Assembly (NCBI GenBank): GCA_031370785.1
Contig: JANMQY010000144.1
Span: 32,001-96,000 of the forward strand
DNA: 64,000 nt
Reading direction: 5' to 3'
Source: Candidatus Eiseniibacteriota bacterium
GTDB taxonomy: Bacteria > Eisenbacteria > RBG-16-71-46
Translations under genes and position numbers: made by a program
Shown: piece by piece, positions 9,722 to 18,263 of the stretch
Layout: each line of letters begins with the position of its first letter
How positions within the stretch are numbered: position 1 is the first letter of the stretch
The notes under the pieces: generated by a model
Databases searched by the model: none
Seen by the model: only the letters and a program-made list of their open reading frames with translations
Told to the model about the DNA's origin: nothing

Positions 9722-10636
9722 ATGAGCCTCAGAATTTTCGTTACCGGGGCCTCCGGCTACGTCGGAAGCGCCGTCGCCGCGCGCCTCGCGCGGGCGGGCC
9801 ACGAAGTCTACGGACTCACCCGTCATCCCGAACGTCTCTCCGCGCTGGTCGCGCTGGGGGTTCGGCCCGTGCCCGGCGATCTCGCCGATCGCGACTCGTT
9901 CCTCGGCACGCTGCAGAACTGCGATGCCGCGGTGCACGTCGCGTTCGACGCAGCGGCCGCGGCCACACGCGACCAGCTCGCGCTCGAGGCGATCCGCGTC
10001 GCCGCGCAGGACGGGCGCATTCGCCGGCTGCTCTATACCAGCGGCGTGTGGGTGCATGGCGATCGCCATGGCGCCATCACCGATGAGTCCTCGCCGATCG
10101 CGCCGCTGCAGCTCGTCGACTGGCGCGCCGCGCACGAAGAGGTGGCACTCGACCTTTCCGAGTTCGATGTCTCAACCGTGATCCTTCGCCCGGCCATCGT
10201 CTACGGCGAATCGCGGGGAATCATCGGAGCGATGTGGGCCGAGGCGCGCGACCTGCATCGCGTGACCTATCCCGGTGACGGCAGCCAGATCTGGAGCCTG
10301 GTGCACTGCGAGGACGTGGCGGAGGCGTATGCGCTCGCGATCGAGCACGCGCCGGTCGGCTCGCGCTATCTGCTCGCCGACGACCAGCCGCTCTCGGTGC
10401 GCGAGATCGCCGCAGCGATCGCGCGCACGAGCGGCGCCGAGGCAACGCCCTGGCCGCGCGAAGAGGTCCTCGAGAAGCTGGGCCCGTATGGCGAAGCGCT
10501 GCTGTCGGGTGCGCGAGTCAGCGCTGCCAGGGCGCGGCGCGAGCTGGGCTGGGTGCCGCGTCATACCAACTTCGCGAACGAGGCCGATGCGCTCTATCGG
10601 GAGTGGCAGACCTCGCAGGGCACGCCCGTCGCCTGA
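9722..10636 (+). CDS. NAD-dependent epimerase/dehydratase family protein
   Basis: VTGASGYVG, YTSGVWV, RPAIVYG, VHCEDVA. Confidence 0.9.
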   Translation: MSLRIFVTGASGYVGSAVAARLARAGHEVYGLTRHPERLSALVALGVRPVPGDLADRDSFLGTLQNCDAAVHVAFDAAAAATRDQLALEAIRVAAQDGRIRRLLYTSGVWVHGDRHGAITDESSPIAPLQLVDWRAAHEEVALDLSEFDVSTVILRPAIVYGESRGIIGAMWAEARDLHRVTYPGDGSQIWSLVHCEDVAEAYALAIEHAPVGSRYLLADDQPLSVREIAAAIARTSGAEATPWPREEVLEKLGPYGEALLSGARVSAARARRELGWVPRHTNFANEADALYREWQTSQGTPVA

Positions 10637-10729
10637 ACGATCGGCACGGATGCCGAACAGGGCCCGGCATGGATGCCGGGCCTCTGTCGTTTTCGCGCGA
10701 CGCTCCGAGCCGCTACATTGCGCGGCGGC

Positions 10730-12544
10730 ATGCCCGCGCTCTCTCGCTTTCTCCAGACCCGGACGCAGCTTCTCGTTGCCGGCGCACTCGTGCTCGTGGC
10801 GCTTCTCGCGCTCGGCATCCTCGCGTTCGGACCGCGCCTCATCGCACCCAGGCTGCGCGCCGCCGCGCACGCGCGCGGCCTCGAGGCCTCGTGGGATGCG
10901 CTCGTCATGCAATTGCCGGCGGGAGCGCGCCTGAGCGGCCTCAGCCTGACCGGTGCCACTGGCGACACGGTGGTCAGCGTGGATTCCCTGCGGGTCGCTC
11001 TCGATCCGCTGTCCCTGCTGCTGCTGCGTGTGCGCTTCGCCTCGATCGATGCGGCCCACGTGCGCCTCGTCCCACCCGAGCGGCGTGCCGCGGACCCGGA
11101 CACGCTTGCCCCGGAGGAACCCCCCGTGCGCGGCCGACCCGATCGATCGGGCCGCGTCCATGAGGCCGCCGACCGGCTGGCTCGTACGCTACTGCTCCCG
11201 GCGCGACGCCTGCCCGAACTGTCCCTGCGCGACGTGCGGGTCGAGACCGGGGACGGAGAGGCGGCGCTCGCGATCGAGAGGCTGGTTCTGCGCCGGGCAC
11301 GGGGCGCCATGGGCCTCGATGCCGAGGGCCGGCTCGAGCGGGAGCCGCGAACTCCGTTCGCGTTCGAGCTGCGCTACGGCGACGATGATCGCCTGACCGG
11401 TCGCGCGCGCTTCGGCATCCCCGACGTCGAGCGCGGCACCACGGATTCCTTGCTGTTCCGGGTGGACGGTGCAGTCGTGCAGGACCGCGCGCGCGGCGTG
11501 GTGAGGATGGCCGATTCGACCCGGGTCACGATCGGTCGCATCCGGCTGCGCATCGGCGGATCGCTCGAGCGGCGCGGGCCGCACGTCCGCTTCGCGCTGG
11601 CCGCGAACGACCTCGACGCCCCGCTCATCCAGAGCAGCCTGCCACGCATGATGCTAGGACCCCTGCTCGATCTGTCGGTGCGCGGCTCGTTCGACTATCG
11701 GATCAGCTTCGATCTCGATGTGTCCGCTCCGGACAGCGTGCGGTTCGATGCCGACGTGATCCCGCACGGGCTCGCCCTCGATCCGGCGCACACCCGGCTC
11801 AACCTCGCCGAGCTCTCCGGACCATTCGTCGCACGGATTCATCTGCCCAGGGACAGGATCGTGATCCGCGATCTGTCCCCGGCCAATACGCACTTCCGCC
11901 CGCTCGAGGCGATCGATTCGTTGCTGACACATGCCGTGCTCACCAACGAGGACGGTGGGTTCTTCCGCCATCACGGGTTCAACACCGAAGCGGTGCGAGG
12001 GGCGATCGCCGACAACATTCGCGCCGGCGCTTACCGGCGGGGCGCGGGAACCATCACCATGCAGCTCGTGCGCAATCTCTACCTCGGCCATGCGCGCACG
12101 CTCTCGCGCAAGGCGCAGGAGGTCGTGCTCTCGTGGGTGCTCGAGCACCTGGTCCGTCTCGACAAGCGCCGGATCCTCGAGATCTACCTCAACATCATCG
12201 AGTGGGGGCCCGACGTGTTCGGCGCGGACGAAGCCACGCACTTCTACTTCGGTCACGACGCGGGGCGGGTGAGCGTTGACGAAGCGCTGTTCCTCGCGAC
12301 GGTGGTGCCGGCCCCGACGAAATGGCGTTACCGGTTCGACGCCGCAGGTGAGCTGCGTCCCTTCGAGCGCGCGCAGATGCACTTCATCGGTCGCGCGATG
12401 GTCGCCAGGGGCTGGCTCGATCCCGCACAGCTGCCTGACCGAGACGTGCTGCGCGTCGAGCTTCGCGGCCCGGCGCGCGAGGCGCTGTTTCCTCGCGACC
12501 CGACTGCCTTGAATTCCGACAATGTCCACGCGCTCTCGAACTGA
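10730..12544 (+). CDS. Monofunctional peptidoglycan transglycosylase (GT51) with long N-terminal extension
   Basis: N-terminal TM; NEDGGFFRHHGF, GAGTITMQL, RKAQE, YLNIIEWG; no transpeptidase domain. Confidence 0.85.
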   Translation: MPALSRFLQTRTQLLVAGALVLVALLALGILAFGPRLIAPRLRAAAHARGLEASWDALVMQLPAGARLSGLSLTGATGDTVVSVDSLRVALDPLSLLLLRVRFASIDAAHVRLVPPERRAADPDTLAPEEPPVRGRPDRSGRVHEAADRLARTLLLPARRLPELSLRDVRVETGDGEAALAIERLVLRRARGAMGLDAEGRLEREPRTPFAFELRYGDDDRLTGRARFGIPDVERGTTDSLLFRVDGAVVQDRARGVVRMADSTRVTIGRIRLRIGGSLERRGPHVRFALAANDLDAPLIQSSLPRMMLGPLLDLSVRGSFDYRISFDLDVSAPDSVRFDADVIPHGLALDPAHTRLNLAELSGPFVARIHLPRDRIVIRDLSPANTHFRPLEAIDSLLTHAVLTNEDGGFFRHHGFNTEAVRGAIADNIRAGAYRRGAGTITMQLVRNLYLGHARTLSRKAQEVVLSWVLEHLVRLDKRRILEIYLNIIEWGPDVFGADEATHFYFGHDAGRVSVDEALFLATVVPAPTKWRYRFDAAGELRPFERAQMHFIGRAMVARGWLDPAQLPDRDVLRVELRGPAREALFPRDPTALNSDNVHALSN

Positions 12545-14192
12545 AGCGCAGGCTCGTCCCGCGCGGTCTTCGGATCTCGGATGGCTCGCGTTCAGTGGGG
12601 CGGCACTCGCGGCGCTGCTCTGGGCCTGCCGCGGCGCGCCGTTCGGCGTCCCGGTGGCCGACGACTATCTGTTCCTCGCACGGGCGAGCTTCCAGCATCC
12701 GCTCGAGTGGTTCGATCCGATGGGCGCGGCGTGGTACTGGCGCCCGGTGAGCCGGCAGCTCTACTACTCGGCGCTGGCGCCCGCTTTGCTCCGTGCGCCC
12801 TGGATCGCGGCCGCGCTTCACGTCGCGCTGCTGGCCGCGCTCTATGTGGTGCTGTTCCGGATCGCGCGGCGCATCTGGGATGCGCCCGTGGCGGCCGCGA
12901 TCGCATCCTTCCCGCTGCTCGCCGAGCCCACGCGCGTGCTCATGATCTGGCCGAGCGGAGCGCAGCACCTGATCGCCATGCTCGGAGCTGCATTCGCGGT
13001 GCACGAGACGCTCTCCGGCCGGCGCACCACCGCCGCGATCGCGCTGCTGGTCGCGCTCCTCAGCCACGAGCTGGGCGTGCTCGCGCTGCCCGCCGTGCCT
13101 CTGGTCGCATTCGCTCGCGGGGCGCGCGGGCGCGCGCTCTCCGGCTGGCTCGCAGCAGCCGCCGTGCCCGCGGTGCTGTGGCTCGGCGGCCGCGCGCTGG
13201 CCGCAACTCACGGCATGCGCCTGCCGCCGGGGGGCGACCTCACGCACTTCGCGTGGGGGCAGGTGCCCGAGATCCTCATGCGCTCGCTGACCGCGCAGCT
13301 CAATCTCGAGTCGATCAGCGATCCGGTGCGGACGGCGGTGCGGATCGCCTATCTGCTGATCGCGACGCTCGCGCTGATCATATTCGCGCTCGACAGGGCG
13401 GCGCGTTGGCGGCTGGTGAAGGCGGCGCCGGCGCTCGCCGGCGCTCTGGTCTGGTTCGTGGTGGGCGTGGTTCCTTTCGCCGGTCTGCTGCCCGACTGGA
13501 ACGGGTGGCACGCGGCGCTGCCCGGGCTCGGACTCGGTTTCGCGGCGCTCGGCGCACTCGGCTCGGGCCGGCCATGGCTGGCGGCGGCATTTGCGGCGGC
13601 GCGCCTGGTCGCGCTGCTCGCGCTGCCGGTTCCTCGCGATGTGTCCGGCGTGCCGCCGGCCACCGCCTCGCTGCTGTCCTTCGAGCGCGTGACCCGTCTC
13701 CAGCGCGTGGTCCAATCGACGCACGAGGCGCTCACTGCCCGCTTCGCGACCCTGCCGCATGGCGCCGCGATCCGCTACTGGTCGGTGCCGTTGCTCAGCG
13801 AAGTGGGCTATTCGGACTCACGAGCGCTGCGTGTCTGGTACGGGGATTCGACACTCAGCTGGCGCGCGTTTGGCGGCGAAGCGGGTCTCGAGCAGCGCGT
13901 GGATGCGCTGATCGACTACAACCTGCCGTCGGCCTCTCCGGCAGTGGTGATCGAGCCGATCGCGATCGCCCGGATGCGGGATGCTAGCCGCGCGATGCGT
14001 GCGGGACGCCTCGCTGAGGCCGATTCTCTGCTCATCGCGGCGCTCGAAGCGCAGCCGCGGATTGCGCTTTCTTTCGAGGGCGCAGTGCTGCGCGTGCGGG
14101 CGAGCATCGCTGCGGAACGCGGCGACACGACAGCCGAGCGCGAACTGCTCGCGCGCATCCGGACGCGCCTGCCCGCCCGCGGGGAACGCTGA
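12522..14192 (+). CDS. GT-C-like membrane glycosyltransferase, paralog of 833..2881
   Basis: PVADDYLFL, YWRPVSRQLYY, LSHEL; many TMs; short helical C-terminus. Confidence 0.7.
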   Translation: MSTRSRTEAQARPARSSDLGWLAFSGAALAALLWACRGAPFGVPVADDYLFLARASFQHPLEWFDPMGAAWYWRPVSRQLYYSALAPALLRAPWIAAALHVALLAALYVVLFRIARRIWDAPVAAAIASFPLLAEPTRVLMIWPSGAQHLIAMLGAAFAVHETLSGRRTTAAIALLVALLSHELGVLALPAVPLVAFARGARGRALSGWLAAAAVPAVLWLGGRALAATHGMRLPPGGDLTHFAWGQVPEILMRSLTAQLNLESISDPVRTAVRIAYLLIATLALIIFALDRAARWRLVKAAPALAGALVWFVVGVVPFAGLLPDWNGWHAALPGLGLGFAALGALGSGRPWLAAAFAAARLVALLALPVPRDVSGVPPATASLLSFERVTRLQRVVQSTHEALTARFATLPHGAAIRYWSVPLLSEVGYSDSRALRVWYGDSTLSWRAFGGEAGLEQRVDALIDYNLPSASPAVVIEPIAIARMRDASRAMRAGRLAEADSLLIAALEAQPRIALSFEGAVLRVRASIAAERGDTTAERELLARIRTRLPARGER

Positions 14193-14440
14193 GCCAGCGC
14201 TCCCTGGGGTTCATTGCTCGCGCGTGATCACGTACGACGCCCCGAACAATGCGACGTCCGCGCAGCCGCGGGCGCAATATAGCGCGTGTCCGGTCTTTGC
14301 ATCGCCGCGACCTCATTGTAGAGTCGGACGGCCCGCGCGCGTCGCGGGATCCGCCTTCGAGTGCCGACCACGCGGAGGAAGCGCCAGATGCCCTGTTCCA
14401 TCGTCGCCGTCGCGCGGGTGGCCGACCGCCAGGGCTGATC

Positions 14441-15241
14441 GTGTTCCACCCGACGAATTCGTCAGGGCCCTTGCTGGGCTATCTCGTCGCCGGCTTCGTG
14501 ATGCTGGTCGCGGGCCTCGCTGCGCTCGCCGTGCGCCGCCGCCGCGCACCGGCGCTGGCCAGCGCCGAATCGACGCGGCGGGCGCTGCGCTACGTGCTGG
14601 TGTTCGGGCTGTGCTCGGCGTCGTTCGGGCGCCTGATCGAGCCTGCGCTGCTCGGTCGCGACCACAGCGCCTGGCTGCTCGCACTCGGCGACGTCCTGTT
14701 CGTGACGCTGGCGCTGTTCGCCTGGGTGATGGCGCTCGCCGAAACCCATCGGCTCTCGGACCTGGGCTTCCGCCGGGCGCCGCCCGGGCGGTTCCTGCTG
14801 GCCCTGGGGTTGGGCCTTGGCGTGGTCGTGCTCTACGGCGCGGGCTCGATTCGCGCCGTGCTCACCGACCGAGTGTCGGTCAACCCGGACAGCCTGGTGT
14901 TCGCGCTTCTGTTCGCGACCGCGGGTTCGGCGCTTCCCGAGGAGATGCTGTTTCGCGGCTATCTGATGGGGTCGCTCGACGGGCGTGTGCAGCGCTGGGC
15001 GCGGGTTGCGATTCCGGCGCTGGCCTTCGCCGTGGTGCGCTCGGCGCGCTTCATTCCGGGCCCGGATCTACCGGTTTCGAGCTGGGTTTTCTACGTGCTG
15101 GGCGAGGTTTTACCGCTTGGCCTGTGGTGGGGGCTGATGCGAGACTTGGCCGGAGGTTCACTATGGCCGTGCCTGGTCTCGCATGCGATGTTGGATTTCT
15201 TCACGGCCCTCGCAAATACCTCCCCGGTTTCCGGTCCCTAG
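14441..15241 (+). CDS. CPBP/Abi (CAAX type II) intramembrane protease-like protein; start uncertain
   Basis: PEEMLFRGYL, SLWPCLVSHAMLD, about 8 TMs. Confidence 0.75.
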   Translation: MFHPTNSSGPLLGYLVAGFVMLVAGLAALAVRRRRAPALASAESTRRALRYVLVFGLCSASFGRLIEPALLGRDHSAWLLALGDVLFVTLALFAWVMALAETHRLSDLGFRRAPPGRFLLALGLGLGVVVLYGAGSIRAVLTDRVSVNPDSLVFALLFATAGSALPEEMLFRGYLMGSLDGRVQRWARVAIPALAFAVVRSARFIPGPDLPVSSWVFYVLGEVLPLGLWWGLMRDLAGGSLWPCLVSHAMLDFFTALANTSPVSGP

Positions 15242-15276
15242 GCCCGCAGGTAATGCTCCCTGAAAGGATGTTCGTG

Positions 15277-17868
15277 ATGCGTCTCGCGACTCGGATCCGC
15301 TGGTCGCTTCTCGCGGCAATCGCGCTCGCCGGCACACTCTCCATGCCGGGGGCGGTGCATGCCGACCTCACTCCCGCCCAGGAGGCGAGGGCGCGCAGTT
15401 TCGCCGCACTCCTCAAGCAACAGCAGAAGCGCCAGCTCCTCAGCGAATTCGCGCGCTCGCGACACGAGCGGCGCGAGCGCATCGAGGCGAAGCGCGCGGC
15501 ACGCCGCGGTCGACGCATGAAGCCGGCGTCCGGCGAAGGCGTGCTCGAGCCGGCCGCGGCGGCTTCCGCGCTGCGCCATCTGCCGTTCCCGACGCGCGCG
15601 GACGGTGTGGCGTTCCCGCCCGCCAACGTGCGCGTCAACAGTCCGGACAGCGAAGGGGTCGGCATCGGGCAGGCCGAGGTCTCGATCGCCGCGATCGGGC
15701 AGTACGTGGTGGCCGGCTACAACGACGGGCAGGGCTACGTGACCCTCAGCAGCACGCAGGGCATTTCTTATTCCACGAATGGCGGCCTCAACTGGACCGA
15801 CTTCGGCCCGCCGCCGATCCTTGCGAACTGGACCTGGACCAGCGACCCGGTGGTGATGGCCGACGAGAAGAAGAATGCGTTCTACTTCTGCGCGCTGGTC
15901 GACATCGGCACCACCTCGAACGGGATCGCGATGGTGAAGCTCACCTTCTCCGGCGTGGTTCCCACCTGGGGAACCCCGGTGCTCATCGTCTCCGGGACCA
16001 ACTCCACGGTGACGTTCGACAAGCAGTGGATGGCCGCCGACTCTCTGAACGGCAACATCTATGTCTCCTACACCAAGTTCACCTCCACCAACGGCTCCGA
16101 GATCTGGTTGATGCGCACGGCCAATGAGGGCGGGACGTGGGTGGGCCCGAACAAGCTTTCCGCGACCGCCGATAACGGACTGGTACAGGGCTCGCGTGTC
16201 GTGGTCGGCCCGGCCGGCGAGTTGTACGTGGCCTGGTACGCGATCGGCCTCGTGGACGTGGATTTCTACAAGATCCGCAAGTCGACCAATGCCGGCCTGC
16301 TCTTCGGCGCCTCGTTCACCGCGGCCTCGGTCTATCACGCGTTCGCGAACGGCGCGCCGGGATTCAACCGCGGAAACGCGGTGGACTTTCCGAGTCTGGC
16401 GGTAGATCGCAGCACCGGCGTGCATCGCGGCCGCCTGTACATGTCATGGCACGAGAGCGTGAACTACTACGGCGATGGCGCGTATTTCGACAAGGACTCG
16501 CTGGGCAACGCGATCGGGCCCAAGAGCGAAGTCGAGGGCAACAACACTCCCGCGGCCGCGACGCCCTTCCAGCTCGGTCAGACCCTGCGCGGAACCTTCA
16601 GCGCGGCAGGCGATCAGGACTGGTTCTCGTTCGGCGGCAAGCGTGGCCAGACCGTGGTCGCGATCGTGGACTCGCTCAACAGCTCGATCGACAACTTCTT
16701 CCGCCTGATCTGCAGCGACGGCGTCACCCGGCTGACGCTCTCCGCCCCCGGAGTCGGAGTCGGCTACGGCGGACAGCTCGTGTTCACCCTGCCGGCCGAC
16801 GGCACCTACTACCTGCGTCCGTTCTCGAACGCCGGCACCGGCGGTTACCGGATCAGCACCGCCGTGCATCGCAACACACCGGCTCGCTCGCGCGACCATC
16901 GCGACGTGTTCGTGACGTTCTCCGACAACGGCACCGCCTGGAGCACGCCGGTGCTGGTCAACAACGATCCGGGCTGGTTCGACAACTGGCTGCCCGAGCT
17001 GGCGGTCGCGGGCGGCTCGATCCCGGCATACGCAGGGCAGGTGTACGTCGGCTGGTTCGACTGGCGCGACGCGCCGGCGTCCAACTGCGGCGGCGTCTCG
17101 AACCTCTACATGTCCCGCTCGGGCGATGGCGGCGGCTCGTGGAACTCGCTCGGCTCGATCTCGGACGCTCAGAGTTTCTGGACCTCGGTGACGAGCAACA
17201 TCGCCCCGAACCAGGGCGACTACCTCGGACTGTTCGCGAACGGCACGGCGGTGTGGCCGGCGTGGGCCGACGGGCGCATGGGCACACCGGACATTTTCAC
17301 GGTGCGTCTCGATCTCGGCGTGACCCCTACCGAAGTCGCGCTGGTCACCGCCGATGCGACCGCCGATCGCGTTTCGCTCGTCTGGTACGAAGCCGGCGAT
17401 CGTCTTCCGGCGACGGTCTACCGTCGCCTCGCAGGTGGCGACTGGAGCGCGCTCGCCACGATTGATCCGGACGGCATGGGGTACGTGCGCTACGAGGATC
17501 GCGCGATCGTGCCCGGCGCCTCGTATGAGTATCGGCTCGGCATCATGGAAAACGGGATGCCGCGCTATGTGGGCGAGGTCTCGGTGAGCGTCCCACTCGG
17601 CGCGCGCTTCGCGCTGGGCGGCGTGCATCCCAATCCGACCGCGCGCGAGTTGCAGGTTTCCTTCTCGCTGCCGGACGCCACGCCCGCCACGCTCGCGCTG
17701 GTGGACATCAGCGGGCGCCTGGTGCGCACTCGCGAAGTCGGTTCGCTCGGCGTCGGTCCGCACGTGGTGGATCTCGGAGCAGGCGATCGGCTGCCAGCCG
17801 GGATCTACATGGTGCGCCTGATGAGGGCGGGCCAGACCCTGACCACGAGGGTCAGTGTGATCCGCTAG
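15277..17868 (+). CDS. Secreted Asp-box beta-propeller protein with PPC-like insert and T9SS-like C-terminal domain
   Basis: AAGGA SD, signal peptide, Asp-boxes (YSTNGGLNW, RSGDGGGSW), EVEGNNT..DQDWFSF, HPNP..DISGRLV..LPAGIYMVRL. Confidence 0.85.
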   Translation: MRLATRIRWSLLAAIALAGTLSMPGAVHADLTPAQEARARSFAALLKQQQKRQLLSEFARSRHERRERIEAKRAARRGRRMKPASGEGVLEPAAAASALRHLPFPTRADGVAFPPANVRVNSPDSEGVGIGQAEVSIAAIGQYVVAGYNDGQGYVTLSSTQGISYSTNGGLNWTDFGPPPILANWTWTSDPVVMADEKKNAFYFCALVDIGTTSNGIAMVKLTFSGVVPTWGTPVLIVSGTNSTVTFDKQWMAADSLNGNIYVSYTKFTSTNGSEIWLMRTANEGGTWVGPNKLSATADNGLVQGSRVVVGPAGELYVAWYAIGLVDVDFYKIRKSTNAGLLFGASFTAASVYHAFANGAPGFNRGNAVDFPSLAVDRSTGVHRGRLYMSWHESVNYYGDGAYFDKDSLGNAIGPKSEVEGNNTPAAATPFQLGQTLRGTFSAAGDQDWFSFGGKRGQTVVAIVDSLNSSIDNFFRLICSDGVTRLTLSAPGVGVGYGGQLVFTLPADGTYYLRPFSNAGTGGYRISTAVHRNTPARSRDHRDVFVTFSDNGTAWSTPVLVNNDPGWFDNWLPELAVAGGSIPAYAGQVYVGWFDWRDAPASNCGGVSNLYMSRSGDGGGSWNSLGSISDAQSFWTSVTSNIAPNQGDYLGLFANGTAVWPAWADGRMGTPDIFTVRLDLGVTPTEVALVTADATADRVSLVWYEAGDRLPATVYRRLAGGDWSALATIDPDGMGYVRYEDRAIVPGASYEYRLGIMENGMPRYVGEVSVSVPLGARFALGGVHPNPTARELQVSFSLPDATPATLALVDISGRLVRTREVGSLGVGPHVVDLGAGDRLPAGIYMVRLMRAGQTLTTRVSVIR

Positions 17869-17912
17869 CGCCGCGCCTGGCCCGCGCGGATGGCGCGCTC
17901 CCTGGCTCCACT

Positions 17913-17950
17913 CTGCGCCGATCGGCTCCCCGCCGATCGGCGCAGGCGTT
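17913..17950 (+). terminator. Strong hairpin after 15277..17868
   Basis: Perfect 14-bp stem CTGCGCCGATCGGC / GCCGATCGGCGCAG; weak U tract. Confidence 0.55.
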
Positions 17951-18263
17951 TCGCCCCACAAGCGGGGCGGAATGACTCGGGTTGATCCAGTCTGTCCCAC
18001 TGCCTCCCGCCGACGTTTCGCGTCAGCCCGCTTCTTGGCCGGAGGGGTAAGGCGCGGGCCGGCAGCGCAACCGGCCTGCGGCCATCGCGTTCTGGCGGAA
18101 GAGGATGGCAAAGCACAGTTTCCGGCTAGCCGGCCCCTTCCCGGAAAACTGCGCAGAGGCCCCGGTTCTGTCACAGGTTCCCGGGTGGCCCCGTCGTTGC
18201 GTCTCTCCCAAGCATTCCCCCTCATCCGCCGCGCTCATCCCGACACGACTTCTGGAGGATGGC

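Noticed and set aside
13981..15276. N-terminal ~430 aa of the 1295-aa ORF
   Set aside because: Overlaps two real genes; SD and signal peptide place the start near 15277
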